Source of the DNA: Cyanidioschyzon merolae
Taxonomy: Eukaryota
NCBI GenBank assembly: GCA_000091205.1
Contig: AP006496.2
Length of the DNA stretch: 64,000 nt
Strand: one strand, 5' to 3'
Shown here one piece after another: positions 53,065 to 63,650 of this stretch; the first letter of the stretch is position 1, and each line of letters starts with the position of its first letter. A program made the translations under genes and the position numbers. The notes beneath the pieces are model-generated. The model saw only the letters and a program-made list of their open reading frames with translations, was not told where the DNA came from and did no database searches.

Positions 53065-53148
53065 GGGGGGCTGGCGCAACGGTAGCGCGTTTGACTCCAG
53101 TCCGCAGTGGCGATCAAAAGGTTATCGGTTCAAATCCGGTGTCCCTCA
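53065..53148 (+). tRNA. tRNA-Trp (anticodon CCA) with a 12-nt intron at the canonical 37/38 position
   Basis: Manual fold:
- acceptor GGGGGGC/GTCCCTC plus discriminator A
- D-arm GCGC-AACGGTA-GCGC
- anticodon stem TTTGA/TCAAA around loop CT-CCA-G[tccgcagtggcg]A
- variable loop AGGTT
- T-arm ATCGG-TTCAAAT-CCGGT
Coordinates may be off by 1. Confidence 0.7.
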
Positions 53149-54678
53149 CATTTTGCAAGCTCGTGCCGCTTTGGCACTAGAGGTACTGCACTACGCAGCA
53201 AGACGCTCGGGGACACTTCCTGCGGTTCGCAGCCTCAGAGCTGTGTACCGCGCATACTGCACTCAATGGAGTTGTTAGCGGGGGCGACTAACGCTCCAGA
53301 GGTTGCTTTCGTTGCTACGGTCTAGGCTTGCTGAAACTGACCAGACTCGCTCGGGTGCGCGAACGTTACCAGCGGTCAGTTTAGAAACAGTCGTTTCGCT
53401 GCGGACGCTTGGACCTTCCGCCAGCCACGGTACTGTGAAATGCCCACGGCATAGAGGCTTGTTCGACCCAGTGAACAACCGGGAGCCAAGCTATCTTAGG
53501 CACCTGCTTCAATGTTGTTGCGTAGAGCCTGACTCCTCCGGTTGTGCGAGAGCAGCCAATAACTAGTGGAGGGAGCAGCTCTGCTCTCCAGATGCGTCTG
53601 CGTTCCAGTGGCCCAAAACTTTTCTTTCCATTGGGGCATGGTTTTCAATCGATCCAGCGGCATGTGTCCGTATAGCGCCGCGTCTACCGATACTACTTGC
53701 TCCGAGGTTGGATGCGACGCCACCACGGTGACCGCACTGGAACAGAGCAGCCCCGCCGTGCCATTGCGGGTGTCGGGCCGAAGCTCTTAAACCAAATGCC
53801 CTCGGGCAGAATCCGCAGGGCCCCTGGATCTGCAAGAATGCTGAAGGGAAACGCACTCGCGAGGCCGCTTCGACGGCAGCGCGGCAAGCGACTCGGACAT
53901 GACGTCGAGTGGCCAGCCTTCAGTGACGCGCCCTGTCCGTGGCTGGGTATCCAACGCGGCAGCGCCAACCCTGCAAACCCCGGACAGCGCTCGGGTAGCA
54001 CACGCGTCACTGTGATTCTACGTATGTATCCAAATGCGCTCGGGGTTGCCAAAACCCGCAATATCCATCCGCGCTCGGTAACACGGCTGCATCGAAACGC
54101 GCGCGTTGCCTAGTCCTGAATCTTTGAAACACCTGAACCTCGTCGCGGGCTGAGAGCTAATGAAAGCGCCGCGCAACGCCTAGGAACTTGTTCCCCATTC
54201 TGACTTTCGGTATTTAGTGTGTGCTGCTCCACCCCGGGGCCGCTGTACACAACCATCCTTTCTGTCCAGCCGAAGACGCATTGCCTTCGATGTGATCGCA
54301 ATAAAGCACTGGAATACAAAGGGAAAGCAGCAGCAGCAGCAGATGATGGTGACCGTGTTCAACGTCTAACAAAGTTTCCTCATGCCTTTACTGGAGCTTT
54401 CACTGCACACGGCGAGGGATATGTGGGCGCCCCGTCAGCGTGCCCGTCTGGCTCAGCTACTAGCCCTCGCACGGGACGCATGATACCGTTGGAGTTTAGA
54501 TCGACGCTACACCATTGCAATGCAGCAACAGCCGCTGTCTATTACACTGAAATTTACCTGGTCTCAAAACCGTATCCCACTTTCCGCACGATGGACATAT
54601 ACTACAAGCGCGTTTCTGGTAGCCGTATATTTGACAAGGGTGCTTTCCTGGCACGAAAAAAAGTAATGAACAGAGTTC

Positions 54679-55167
54679 TCAAGCTGTGCAGTTCGTTGAA
54701 CTGCCAGAGCCCGACGGATCCTCGCGCAGATGACCAACTACTTCGTATTTTTGGAGAAACTTCTCAAACCACTGGTACAGCGTCTCTTTTTCGTGCTCCG
54801 TCAAATCATCAATAGCGCCACAGACTTCGCCAGGTTCCGTGCTCATCTTTGCGAGTCCTCTGCTCGCGTTCTTCCCAGCAAAGACAAAGTACGGCCCACC
54901 GGGCCCATAAAAAGACCTCGCATCGGAGACGTCGAAAACTTCAGCCCGCGCCCCAGGCCGTGGCTGTACGGCCACGTAGATCGGCTGCCCTTTTGTTCCG
55001 TTGTACTGAGCAAGCTCTTCGCCAGTGAACGCCCTCGGTGCCGGCCGTTCATGGTGCCGTGGCGGCGGCTGCACTGCAGGGTTCTCAACGTGGTTACCCA
55101 TCAAGCGAAGCGCACCCAGCACGAATACACCGCCACCCAAAAGTAACCAGAGTCCAACTGCATCCAT
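54679..55167 (-). CDS. MAPR-type membrane-associated cytochrome b5-like heme/steroid-binding protein
   Basis: An N-terminal TM segment (MDAVGLWLLLGGGVFVLGAL) precedes ..FTGEELAQYNGTKGQPIYVAVQ...VFDVSDARSFYGPGGPYFVFAGKNASRGLA.. ATG at 55165-55167. The upstream ORF extension derives from the adjacent Fanzor-like element end. Confidence 0.75.
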   Translation of the reverse strand: MDAVGLWLLLGGGVFVLGALRLMGNHVENPAVQPPPRHHERPAPRAFTGEELAQYNGTKGQPIYVAVQPRPGARAEVFDVSDARSFYGPGGPYFVFAGKNASRGLAKMSTEPGEVCGAIDDLTEHEKETLYQWFEKFLQKYEVVGHLREDPSGSGSSTNCTA

Positions 55168-55222
55168 GATAGCGTCGAAGCGTTCACCAAACGCCGTTCT
55201 AAAGTAGAACGACGCCGACCGT

Positions 55223-56422
55223 TTACAGTAGAGGAGAGAAACCCGCCCTAGACAAGAAGTCTCCAACTGATGTGCAGACGCCTCCCGTCTTTTTCGACGG
55301 GTCACCCACTACTGCTTCCAACTTCTTCTCATATAGGTCGACTTTGAGAGGTTGTCCAATAAAGTTCATTGTTGTTGACTCTGGAGGTCTCTTCTCCAGC
55401 ACCGCACATCTCCTTACATTGATGGCGGCGTTTAAGTCCCGGTTCACGAATTCCATACGTTTCGTCCCGTTGATTGTACTTACTAATGGAAGGAGTCCAC
55501 GAACTTTCGCCCTCCTTTCCATTTGCTCCTCTGCCAGCTGTCCGTACTTTGCTATTTCCTCGGGGCTCCGTTGGCACTTTTCCATCGCCACTCTCTGAAG
55601 TGTGCAACCCAGCTCGTGGTGTGTGTACGATGTTCGAAACTCATCTATAGGTATCGTGACGAAACGCCTTGCGCACTCCTTGTACGCTCTCGTCGTTGGA
55701 GCTGGTGTACACCCTTTTTGGGTCTTCCATCGCCTTGCTCCGTACGCTACTACGAGCCCTTGACGGTCGTCCTCCTTCAAGGCGCTCAACTGGTTGAAAG
55801 AATTCGCGAACGCCCGCCGCTTACCACAATACAAATTCATTCGCAAACGAGCCCACCGGGACTTGGTATACTCATCCCACAGTGCATCCCAATGAGCAAC
55901 GCGAAATTCTATGAACTCCCGAAGAGCTTTAAAGTCCGCTCCGCGGCTCGTCACCTCGCTCAAAGTTTCCAGGCGATCCTTCATTCCTGCATTCCATGTC
56001 TCGATTTTCTTCCTTGCATTCACTATATCGGATTCTCGATAGTATATTGCTCTCGAGAATCTCAACAGATGCACGTCTTTCTGACGTAAGTTGCCGTCAG
56101 TACCATCTTCCTCACGCTTCGGTGCTACGATGGTTATGATATTGGTATTCCCAGGGTCCGCGCCAACGACAAAGTCGCTATCCCGCACTTTCTGCGTCGC
56201 AGGTTCCGCCTCCTTCTTCTCTTCATGCTTCGCCGCGTAAACGATAACGTGGTTATCCTGCACTTTCTGCGTCGCAGGATCCGCCGTCTTCTTATCTTCA
56301 TCCTTCCTCACGGACGAAGCCGAAGGCGGGACTGAACGATCTGCCTTCAACCGTCGATAGTGTACACACATGGCTACTCCATCGGGTTCGATCATCCCAG
56401 TGAAAAACTTTTGCTTGATCAC
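55223..56422 (-). CDS. TnpB/Fanzor-like RNA-guided-nuclease-family protein (RuvC-I, degenerate Zn finger, RuvC-III). N-terminal REC/WED region is absent.
   Basis: [16 protein letters not shown] fits the RuvC-I GxDxGxxN motif. [22 protein letters not shown] fits the TnpB 'vdp-yTSq-C' entry to the Zn ribbon. [10 protein letters not shown] fits RuvC-III RDxNAAxNI. Only about 85 aa precede RuvC-I. There is an internal 75-bp direct duplication at about 56200-56300. The ORF starts at a GTG; the first ATG is at 56393-56395. Confidence 0.7.
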   Translation of the reverse strand: MIKQKFFTGMIEPDGVAMCVHYRRLKADRSVPPSASSVRKDEDKKTADPATQKVQDNHVIVYAAKHEEKKEAEPATQKVRDSDFVVGADPGNTNIITIVAPKREEDGTDGNLRQKDVHLLRFSRAIYYRESDIVNARKKIETWNAGMKDRLETLSEVTSRGADFKALREFIEFRVAHWDALWDEYTKSRWARLRMNLYCGKRRAFANSFNQLSALKEDDRQGLVVAYGARRWKTQKGCTPAPTTRAYKECARRFVTIPIDEFRTSYTHHELGCTLQRVAMEKCQRSPEEIAKYGQLAEEQMERRAKVRGLLPLVSTINGTKRMEFVNRDLNAAINVRRCAVLEKRPPESTTMNFIGQPLKVDLYEKKLEAVVGDPSKKTGGVCTSVGDFLSRAGFSPLL

Positions 56423-56489
56423 TTTGAGAGGTTTGAAATCGAATATATTCTTCCAGTACGTCTTCCGGTTCTTACCGGTTAACTTGCGT

Positions 56490-57326
56490 CAGAAAGACGT
56501 GCATCTGTTGAGATTCTCGAGAGCGATATACTATCGAGAATCCGATATAGTGAATGCAAGGAAGAAAATCGAGACATGGAATGCAGGAATGAAGGATCGC
56601 CTGGAAACTTTGAGCGAGGTGACGAGCCGCGGAGCGGACTTTAAAGCTCTTCGGGAGTTCATAGAATTTCGCGTTGCTCATTGGGATGCACTGTGGGATG
56701 AGTATACCAAGTCCCGGTGGGCTCGTTTGCGAATGAATTTGTATTGTGGTAAGCGGCGGGCGTTCGCGAATTCTTTCAACCAGTTGAGCGCCTTGAAGGA
56801 GGACGACCGTCAAGGGCTCGTAGTAGCGTACGGAGCAGGGCACTGGAAGACCCAAAAAGGGTGTACACCAGCTCCAACGACGAGAGCGTACAAGGAGTGC
56901 GCAAGGCGTTTCGTCACGATACCTATAGATGAGTTTCGAACATCGTACACACACCACGAGCTGGGTTGCACACTTCAGAGAGTGGCGATGGAAAAGTGCC
57001 AACGGAGCCCCGAGGAAATAGCAAAGTACGGACAGCTGGCAGAGGAGCAAATGGAAAGGAGGGCGAAAGTTCGTGGACTCCTTCCATTAGTAAGTACAAT
57101 CAACGGGACGAAACGTATGGAATTCGTGAACCGGGACTTAAACGCCGCCATCAATGTAAGGAGATGTGCGGTGCTGGAGAAGAGACCTCCAGAGTCAACA
57201 ACAATGAACTTTATTGGACAACCTCTCAAAGTCGACCTATATGAGAAGAAGTTGGAAGCAGTAGTGGGTGGCCGGTCCAAAAAGACGGGGAGGCGTCTGC
57301 ACGTCAGTTGGAGACTTTTTGTCTAG
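56490..57326 (+). pseudogene. 5'-truncated inverted copy of the Fanzor/TnpB-like gene. It lacks RuvC-I but retains the Zn-finger-like segment and RuvC-III.
   Basis: ORF 56370-57326 matches the minus copy from [11 protein letters not shown]... onward, about 99% identical. Small indels change the C-terminal frame (GGRSKKTGRRLHV against [13 protein letters not shown]). Confidence 0.6.
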
Positions 57327-57634
57327 GGCGGGTTTCTCGCCACTACTGTAAACGGTCGGCGTCGTCCGACTTTAGAACGGCGTTCGGTGTCGGTGGCCCT
57401 TTTACGAGGTTTCTTCCGACGCAACCTCCAGCTTTTGAACAGTTGACCGCGAACCGACACCCGCATCCGTTTTTTTACACAACACAACCTGAGCAAAAAG
57501 TTTGCAGAGAGTCTTACACGTTACGAAAGCGAAATATGTTGGTCCGAGCTACTTGTGCCCTGAAATCCTCGGATAATAAGCAAATACACCACGCATGGAA
57601 AAGTTGAATCTGCGTCTATTCGAACGCACTTTGG

Positions 57635-60343
57635 TTAGACATTTCCCGGGCGAGATTCGGAGCAGGCCCAGATGCGTCCAGTGCTGACATCCTGAAGCAG
57701 CTGTTGAACAGCATGGAGAACACGCGGACTTGTTGCGTGGGCTTGATTGGGACTACCAGCTGCAGCGGTGCTCGCCACGATACCAACCTGGCGCACGATA
57801 TGCTGCAGTCGCACATAGCGCCTCGCAGGGCATGCATCGCGTATAGGGAGCTGGAGCGTCGCAGCGCTTTCCAGAGAGGCCTCCGGTGGAAGCGCTCGCG
57901 CCTGCAGAAAGCGCCGAATCTTTCGTGCACGGGAGAGGATGGCGTCGGGCATCCCGTTCGCGCGGGCACAGGCCAGCGCGTAGGAGTCCAAGCAGGGCGC
58001 CCCTTCAGACAACTTGTACAGCGCGGTCAAGACCACGTCGTCGTTCTGATCTGGAGCATCACCGGTCTGGCGGTTTTCCTGCACGAGCACTTCAAGTTTG
58101 AAGAAGCGCAGCCGCGAGTTCGCGTGAGCTTGCGCGTAGAGTGTCCCGGTCACCTCATGGAAATGGGTCGCAAATAGCACCGTCATTTGCCCCGTGACGT
58201 TGGTTGCCAACTCTGAAAGCACCGCTGCCGCAAGTGCCCTTCCGTCTTCATCGGAAGTGCCTTTGCCGAATTCGTCAACAATAGCGAGCGACCTGGAAGT
58301 GGCGTACCTGAGCGTCTGCGCCATTTGGATGCAATCGTTCATGAATGTTGATGTCTCGCGGCCGGTGGAATCGAAACTCTTCACTCGGGCAAATATCCGG
58401 TCGGTCACGCCGATTCGGGCGCTACGCGCCGGCACGTAGGAGCCAACCTGTGCCATGTGTACAATCAACGCAACTTGGCGCAGAAGCACGCTCTTGCCGC
58501 TTGCGTTTGGCCCTGTGACGACACAGACATCCCCGCGCCTAACAGAGAGACTGTTAGGAACGAAAGAGTCCACGGTGAGCTCTTGAATCGGGTGGCGAGC
58601 GTCGATTACGTCGATGTGACAGGCTGATTCTGCCCCGAGGACTTGTGGACAAGTCCACTCATAGCGCATCGCAGAGAGGGCGAAGCTGAGCCAACAGTCG
58701 ATCTCTGCCAGCAAGTCGCATGTGCGACTAAGCACTGGTATCGTGGGTATCACGGCGGCCTCGAGATCTCGAATGATGCTCTTCTCGAGGTCGTTGATGG
58801 CCCCGGGCAGATCACCGAGCTCCTCATCGAGCTGACGCGTTCTGTCGTTCTTCACATATGCATCAGTATCGGTGTCGAGCGCGTGCTCCAGAGAGGCATC
58901 GGATTCCATCTGGGCAGCGTCTGAGCGGGAGATCTTCATCACATAGCCGAGGCGCGGATGAAACTGTACACAGATCGACCGCTCCGTGGCGGACGACCCA
59001 AAATACCTGCTCTTCTCCGATTGAGCCACGCTCTCGAGAAAACTGTCCAGAGATTCAAGGGCTAATCTCATATTATCAAGGTTTTCATCAAAGCCGGTCT
59101 TGACGGCTGGATTCCAGCCCGACTTGGATCCACTCATGTCGATACATGCCCCGATTCGTGTCGCGACGCTTGTGTACCATTCCGGGTCGAGCACGGGTGT
59201 CAACTCTTGCGCATTTTCTTGCAGAAAAGCGCTTCTCTCGCGCCAAACAGGCAACACGATTTGAACCAAGTCGGAGAATCCATTAAAGAGCCCCGCGACT
59301 GCCACGTTGCATCCGTGGAGCGCTGCCCAGTCTTCCGCAGTCGCTGCGCCCGAAACCAAGCGCCTCCAAAGATTTTGTGGATGATGCACAGCTTTCAGGA
59401 GCTTTCTGAACAATATCATGTCGATGCTGGCCAAGGCGCCGGCCAGGGCCTGAACCACTTCGAGACGCTCTCGAATGCGCGCAGGGTCACAGATTGGCTG
59501 CGTTAGAATCTCGCGGATTTTTCTCTGTCCGGGCGCCGAGGCCCCGAAGCTGCTAATGATCTGGTAAAGCGTGAGCCCGTGTTGATGGACTCGAGCGCCT
59601 GACCTAGGCGCGGAAACCTTGGCCGGTAGGACCCTCAGTTCTCGCAGAAGACTCATCGGCGATATAGCTAATTGCTCCATATAAAAGGGCTCTGCGCGTA
59701 CGGTGTGGATATCAACATCACAGCGCATCGCTAGAAACGACAGCAGCGCCCCTAGGCAGGTCTGCCCGACCGGCCCCTGATCATCCAATGGTGCTCGCCG
59801 GTCCGGAGACGAGCTCCCGCTTACATCTACGCTCAATTGATGCTGAGCGAAGGCGTCTACAGGATTTTGCCACCAGCGAATAGTTTCTTCTATGCGCTGA
59901 GGCGCGACATCATCCGCGGCGAGAAGAACCAGCGGCCCGCCGCCATCAGCGAGTTCGAGGCAATCGCCCAGTCCACCGGAAACGGCGGTGAGTCTTTCAG
60001 CGGGGAAAGCTTCGATTTGCTGGACTTCGCTGCGGTGCATGTCGCGGACAGCCTGTGACGCTACCCGCGTTAGCATCGCCCTGAACTCGTCGATGGCGTT
60101 TGCGGGGGTTAAAATAAGGTTCGGCTCGATCGCTCGAAGGGTGCGCTCGGTTTGCGAAAATGGCGCCGAGTCTCCTATCTCACAAAAGCGTATCACAAGC
60201 GATATCGTCGAGCACCATGCAATGCCAACACGCTGCTTCCGCACCGTCGTCATAAGGAAGATCTCTTCGCCTCCGTCAGTCTCATCGATCAAACTCTGAC
60301 GGGTTGGGGCTCCGCAACCCAGAGAATGCATAGTCGAGCTCAT
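57635..60343 (-). CDS. MSH5: MutS homolog 5 (meiotic MutS-gamma subunit)
   Basis: The ABC ATPase is ..VVTGPNASGKSVLLRQVALIVHMAQVGSYVPA..STFMNDC..LAIVDEFGKGTSDEDG.. DEFGKGT is MSH5-specific; other MutS homologs have DELGRGT. There is no N-terminal mismatch-binding domain. The N-terminus ..IFLMTTVRKQRVGIAWCS.. matches the MSH5 start. ATG at 60341-60343. Confidence 0.8.
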   Translation of the reverse strand: MSSTMHSLGCGAPTRQSLIDETDGGEEIFLMTTVRKQRVGIAWCSTISLVIRFCEIGDSAPFSQTERTLRAIEPNLILTPANAIDEFRAMLTRVASQAVRDMHRSEVQQIEAFPAERLTAVSGGLGDCLELADGGGPLVLLAADDVAPQRIEETIRWWQNPVDAFAQHQLSVDVSGSSSPDRRAPLDDQGPVGQTCLGALLSFLAMRCDVDIHTVRAEPFYMEQLAISPMSLLRELRVLPAKVSAPRSGARVHQHGLTLYQIISSFGASAPGQRKIREILTQPICDPARIRERLEVVQALAGALASIDMILFRKLLKAVHHPQNLWRRLVSGAATAEDWAALHGCNVAVAGLFNGFSDLVQIVLPVWRERSAFLQENAQELTPVLDPEWYTSVATRIGACIDMSGSKSGWNPAVKTGFDENLDNMRLALESLDSFLESVAQSEKSRYFGSSATERSICVQFHPRLGYVMKISRSDAAQMESDASLEHALDTDTDAYVKNDRTRQLDEELGDLPGAINDLEKSIIRDLEAAVIPTIPVLSRTCDLLAEIDCWLSFALSAMRYEWTCPQVLGAESACHIDVIDARHPIQELTVDSFVPNSLSVRRGDVCVVTGPNASGKSVLLRQVALIVHMAQVGSYVPARSARIGVTDRIFARVKSFDSTGRETSTFMNDCIQMAQTLRYATSRSLAIVDEFGKGTSDEDGRALAAAVLSELATNVTGQMTVLFATHFHEVTGTLYAQAHANSRLRFFKLEVLVQENRQTGDAPDQNDDVVLTALYKLSEGAPCLDSYALACARANGMPDAILSRARKIRRFLQARALPPEASLESAATLQLPIRDACPARRYVRLQHIVRQVGIVASTAAAGSPNQAHATSPRVLHAVQQLLQDVSTGRIWACSESRPGNV

Positions 60344-61888
60344 CTGTTCGATTACTTACTTTGACTCGCCGCCGACAGTGATCTCGGCTGAGCAAGAACC
60401 GGTAACCCTGCACAGAACCTGGAAAATTCTCGTCACCAACCAGATCAGGGGGCTCCTCTGAGTCCAGCACAAAACGCACAGAAAACACCAGAAAAAGCCA
60501 GTGCACCTTGGTGGACCGTGCGTGTCCTGTACACGGTCGACATGCACGCATATAAGCATGCGTGCATGCACGCATGCTTATATGCACATAATCGCGCATG
60601 AATATGTAGACATTCGCGCTCCTATGAATGCATCCATTCGTGCCTGTGTGCAAACTTTCCTGCTTGTACAAATGCATGCATTCGTGCCTGCATGAGTGTG
60701 AGCGTGCGTATATGCACACGTTCGTGCTTATATGCACATATTCGCGCTTCTGTGGATGAAACCCTGCATGCATCCGTGCATAAATACATCCATTCCTCCG
60801 TGCACGCACGCATCCATGTTTGCGTCCATGCGTGTACCCAGCGGACAGCACCGATCCTCGGTATGGGTTGCCTTGTCGAGGAGCGCTCAGCATCGCAGGA
60901 CACGTGTACCCGTGCGCAGATGCCCGAGCGGATGCCTCTGACGATCGACGCCCTACCGCCATAGATCCGATTGGAGCGCATGCATCGCAGGACACGTGTG
61001 CCCGTGCGCAGATGCCCCACGGGTATGATGTCGTGAAAGCTCGCATATGTTTAGATTCCACCTTTCATACACATGGCGACACATGAAACCGAAGAATTCG
61101 ATTCAGAAACTGAACCAGGCACATTTTAGGTTGTACAGTTTCCTGGCGTTGTCGAGCAAGTCGCGCTTTTTCGAGTGAGCGTCTTTTGGGCTCGCCTGGC
61201 AGCCACTGCGCAGCCCGCGAAATCGAAACAACAGGTGATCAGCCTACATCGCTCAGCGCGTCGCTGAATCGTGCTCAACGGGCGCTGCAACAAGTCAGGG
61301 ATTCCCGATACGATCGGGCATGCGAGTCGAGCGTTGCTGTCCAGCCATCAGCGTCAGTGCACTATCAAACACGCCTCTGGAGCAGTAGCACACAAAGGCT
61401 AGAGCTGAGACGCGCAGGCTACGCAGTTCTATGATGCTCAATCTTCGGGTGCGCTGCAGACACCTCCATCCCAAAGATGGACGTGATTTCCCCACGCCGA
61501 CGGGCGAAGGGCACTCGGGATTTTTATCATAATGGGAGATCGATGACATCGACTGGAGTCGCTCCGATGCGCAGTGCTCGACATGTCAGCGAGCGCGGAA
61601 CACTAGTGCTGCACCAGGAGCGCCGCATCGGACGCCGTCTCTCCCGATCATCGCGGCGATGGAAGCGATTCCGCTACTCCTTCGTACCTCTGTGGAGTTC
61701 GGCGACGGCGCGGGTGCGATGTGCTGCTTCCTCGGAAAGTGGTCAAATGTCGAATTTTTCATGGTCCTGCGAGTCCGTACCTCCACAACATCGCGGAACA
61801 ATGCAAGAACCCGAATCGCCTGAAAAGGGACAGAGACTCCCTGTTCAGCGCTCCAGGCGAGTCAAGTCGGAGGCGGTAAGCAGCACGT

Positions 61889-63583
61889 TTACACATCCGA
61901 CAGGAGGGCAGTCCTCGAACCGTCCGCGCGAGGGCCGGGGTCGTCCGTCTGAGCAGCCGCTCGGCGTGACCGTATGCAGCGAACTATTACAGCAGCAAGG
62001 CATAACAATAGAGCCACTGCCAGAACCAGGCCAAACAGCAAGGCCGCACTGCGCGAAACATGAAATCCAAAGATAGCGATGTCCTTAGTCGAGCCAGCGC
62101 GTGGCAACATGTCGGTCGCATTCGACGAGGTGTACACAATACCGCGATCTCCGGCTGCAGGCATTCCGCAGTTCTCTGCCGCCGGCGCGAAACCGATCCG
62201 GGAGTTCTCTCGATCAAACACTGTGACATAAGCTCGCATGAATGTGTCTCCAAGAATGACCCGTCCATTGACAAGTTCCCCCGTAACGTGCTGAATGCCA
62301 AAACAACGAAATGTTCGGCCATTTTTCTGGGCACGCAGCATATACAACTCCGGAGGAACGCTCAGTTCGACACCGCCTGCCAGCCGGATATTGATCGGTG
62401 GAAGGCGCGAAACGTGCCTGTCGGTCAGCGTTGCGCATCGACCGGTTTCGAGCCAGGTTTTTTCGCCGCATAGGCCTGGTACTTGGTCACAGTACCGGGA
62501 TTGGAGGTGCTCTCGCAATGTGCCGAAGGCGCTCGTGCTTATCACGATCAGTGTTGTGCCTGAGTCGACAATGGCGGATCGGATCTCTGGGAGACCAGCG
62601 CTCTCATCGGTGCCGAAGCGAACCGACTCGACGCCAACCTCGTAGTACGTGCGAACCGCACGATTCACCATAGGTACCCAGCGGTACTCGCCCTTGCGCA
62701 TCTCCGGGCCGGCAGCACCGCCGAACACCAAAGCCCCAGATGTGTCCGTCAAACACAGCGCAAACATATCGCGCGGGACAACCCCCGTGCGTACCATCGT
62801 GTCGAAGACTGGCGGGACACATGATGGATTACACGCCAGCGACGGGTATGCGAGACCCCAGATACCGTCCACATCAACGTGCTCAAATGATGCAGAGTCC
62901 AGGAGGATCCCACCAAAGTATGCGGGATACACTGACAACCCTGTTTGCGTAAGCGTTATACGGCCAACATGGAGCGCCCCAATGGCAAAACTGCCGTCCC
63001 CGTAAATGAGTCGAAAGCCACATGCTTTGGTGTCTACTGGAGCACAGCAGGCCTTGCTCGCTTCAGAGCACGCACCACACAGGCTATTACATGTCGACGG
63101 TTTGCAAATAGACTCATTCGAGCAGGATATGCGTGTCAAGTCGGGGTTCGCTAGAGTCACCCGACGATCGCCCTTGAGGCAGTTCTTGCACTGGCTCAGA
63201 GGAAAAGCTATTGCGGAGCTTCCTGTATCAATCTGGACGTGAACTGTCTGATTATCCACCGATATAGCAACATAGTACTCACCGACGTTCACGATTCCTC
63301 CAGCGAGCGGGTTTACGGGCAGCTTATCTTCTTGAGAGGAGCCGCCCGGGACGCCACTCACCGCTGGTCGGAGAAGCGCGGCAAGCTCGCCGTGCCTCCT
63401 TGGCGCCGAATAGATCCTTTCCACTGTTCCAGGACGCTTTTCGAGAGGCAGTACAATGCCGTCGCGTCCAGCGAGCTCTGCGACAGCTGCAGGCCCCCTG
63501 CCAAGAACCATATTGTCGAGCAGGCCTACGGCGCCTGCAAGGCAGAGGACGCTCACCAGCAATACAGCAAGCGCTCGTATCAT
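61889..63583 (-). CDS. Pepsin-like (A1 family) aspartic protease with signal peptide and C-terminal transmembrane anchor
   Basis: ..VHVQIDTGSSAIAFP.. and ..AIVDSGTTLIVIS.. are the two catalytic D-T/S-G motifs. An N-terminal signal peptide is present (MIRALAVLLVSVLCLAGAVG), and a C-terminal TM segment (ALLFGLVLAVALLLCLAAVIV). ATG at 63581-63583. Confidence 0.82.
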   Translation of the reverse strand: MIRALAVLLVSVLCLAGAVGLLDNMVLGRGPAAVAELAGRDGIVLPLEKRPGTVERIYSAPRRHGELAALLRPAVSGVPGGSSQEDKLPVNPLAGGIVNVGEYYVAISVDNQTVHVQIDTGSSAIAFPLSQCKNCLKGDRRVTLANPDLTRISCSNESICKPSTCNSLCGACSEASKACCAPVDTKACGFRLIYGDGSFAIGALHVGRITLTQTGLSVYPAYFGGILLDSASFEHVDVDGIWGLAYPSLACNPSCVPPVFDTMVRTGVVPRDMFALCLTDTSGALVFGGAAGPEMRKGEYRWVPMVNRAVRTYYEVGVESVRFGTDESAGLPEIRSAIVDSGTTLIVISTSAFGTLREHLQSRYCDQVPGLCGEKTWLETGRCATLTDRHVSRLPPINIRLAGGVELSVPPELYMLRAQKNGRTFRCFGIQHVTGELVNGRVILGDTFMRAYVTVFDRENSRIGFAPAAENCGMPAAGDRGIVYTSSNATDMLPRAGSTKDIAIFGFHVSRSAALLFGLVLAVALLLCLAAVIVRCIRSRRAAAQTDDPGPRADGSRTALLSDV

Positions 63584-63650
63584 CTAGGTTTTAAACTGAA
63601 GTTTCTGCACAGAGTTCTTGCCCTGGAACAGAATTAGAGTTTGGATCCTC

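Larger units (their letters stand above)
55170..57395. mobile_element. Palindromic locus of two TnpB/Fanzor-like RuvC nuclease gene copies. Arms are about 55175-56087 and 56490-57390, with a unique centre of about 400 bp.
   Basis: Reciprocal reverse-complement identity is seen in the sequence and in mirrored ORFs (55523-56089 plus matches 56472-57050 minus). Both arms end in the same sub-terminal sequence ..ctgtaaacggtcggcgtcgt.c.actttagaacggcgtt.ggtg and then diverge. Confidence 0.75.
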
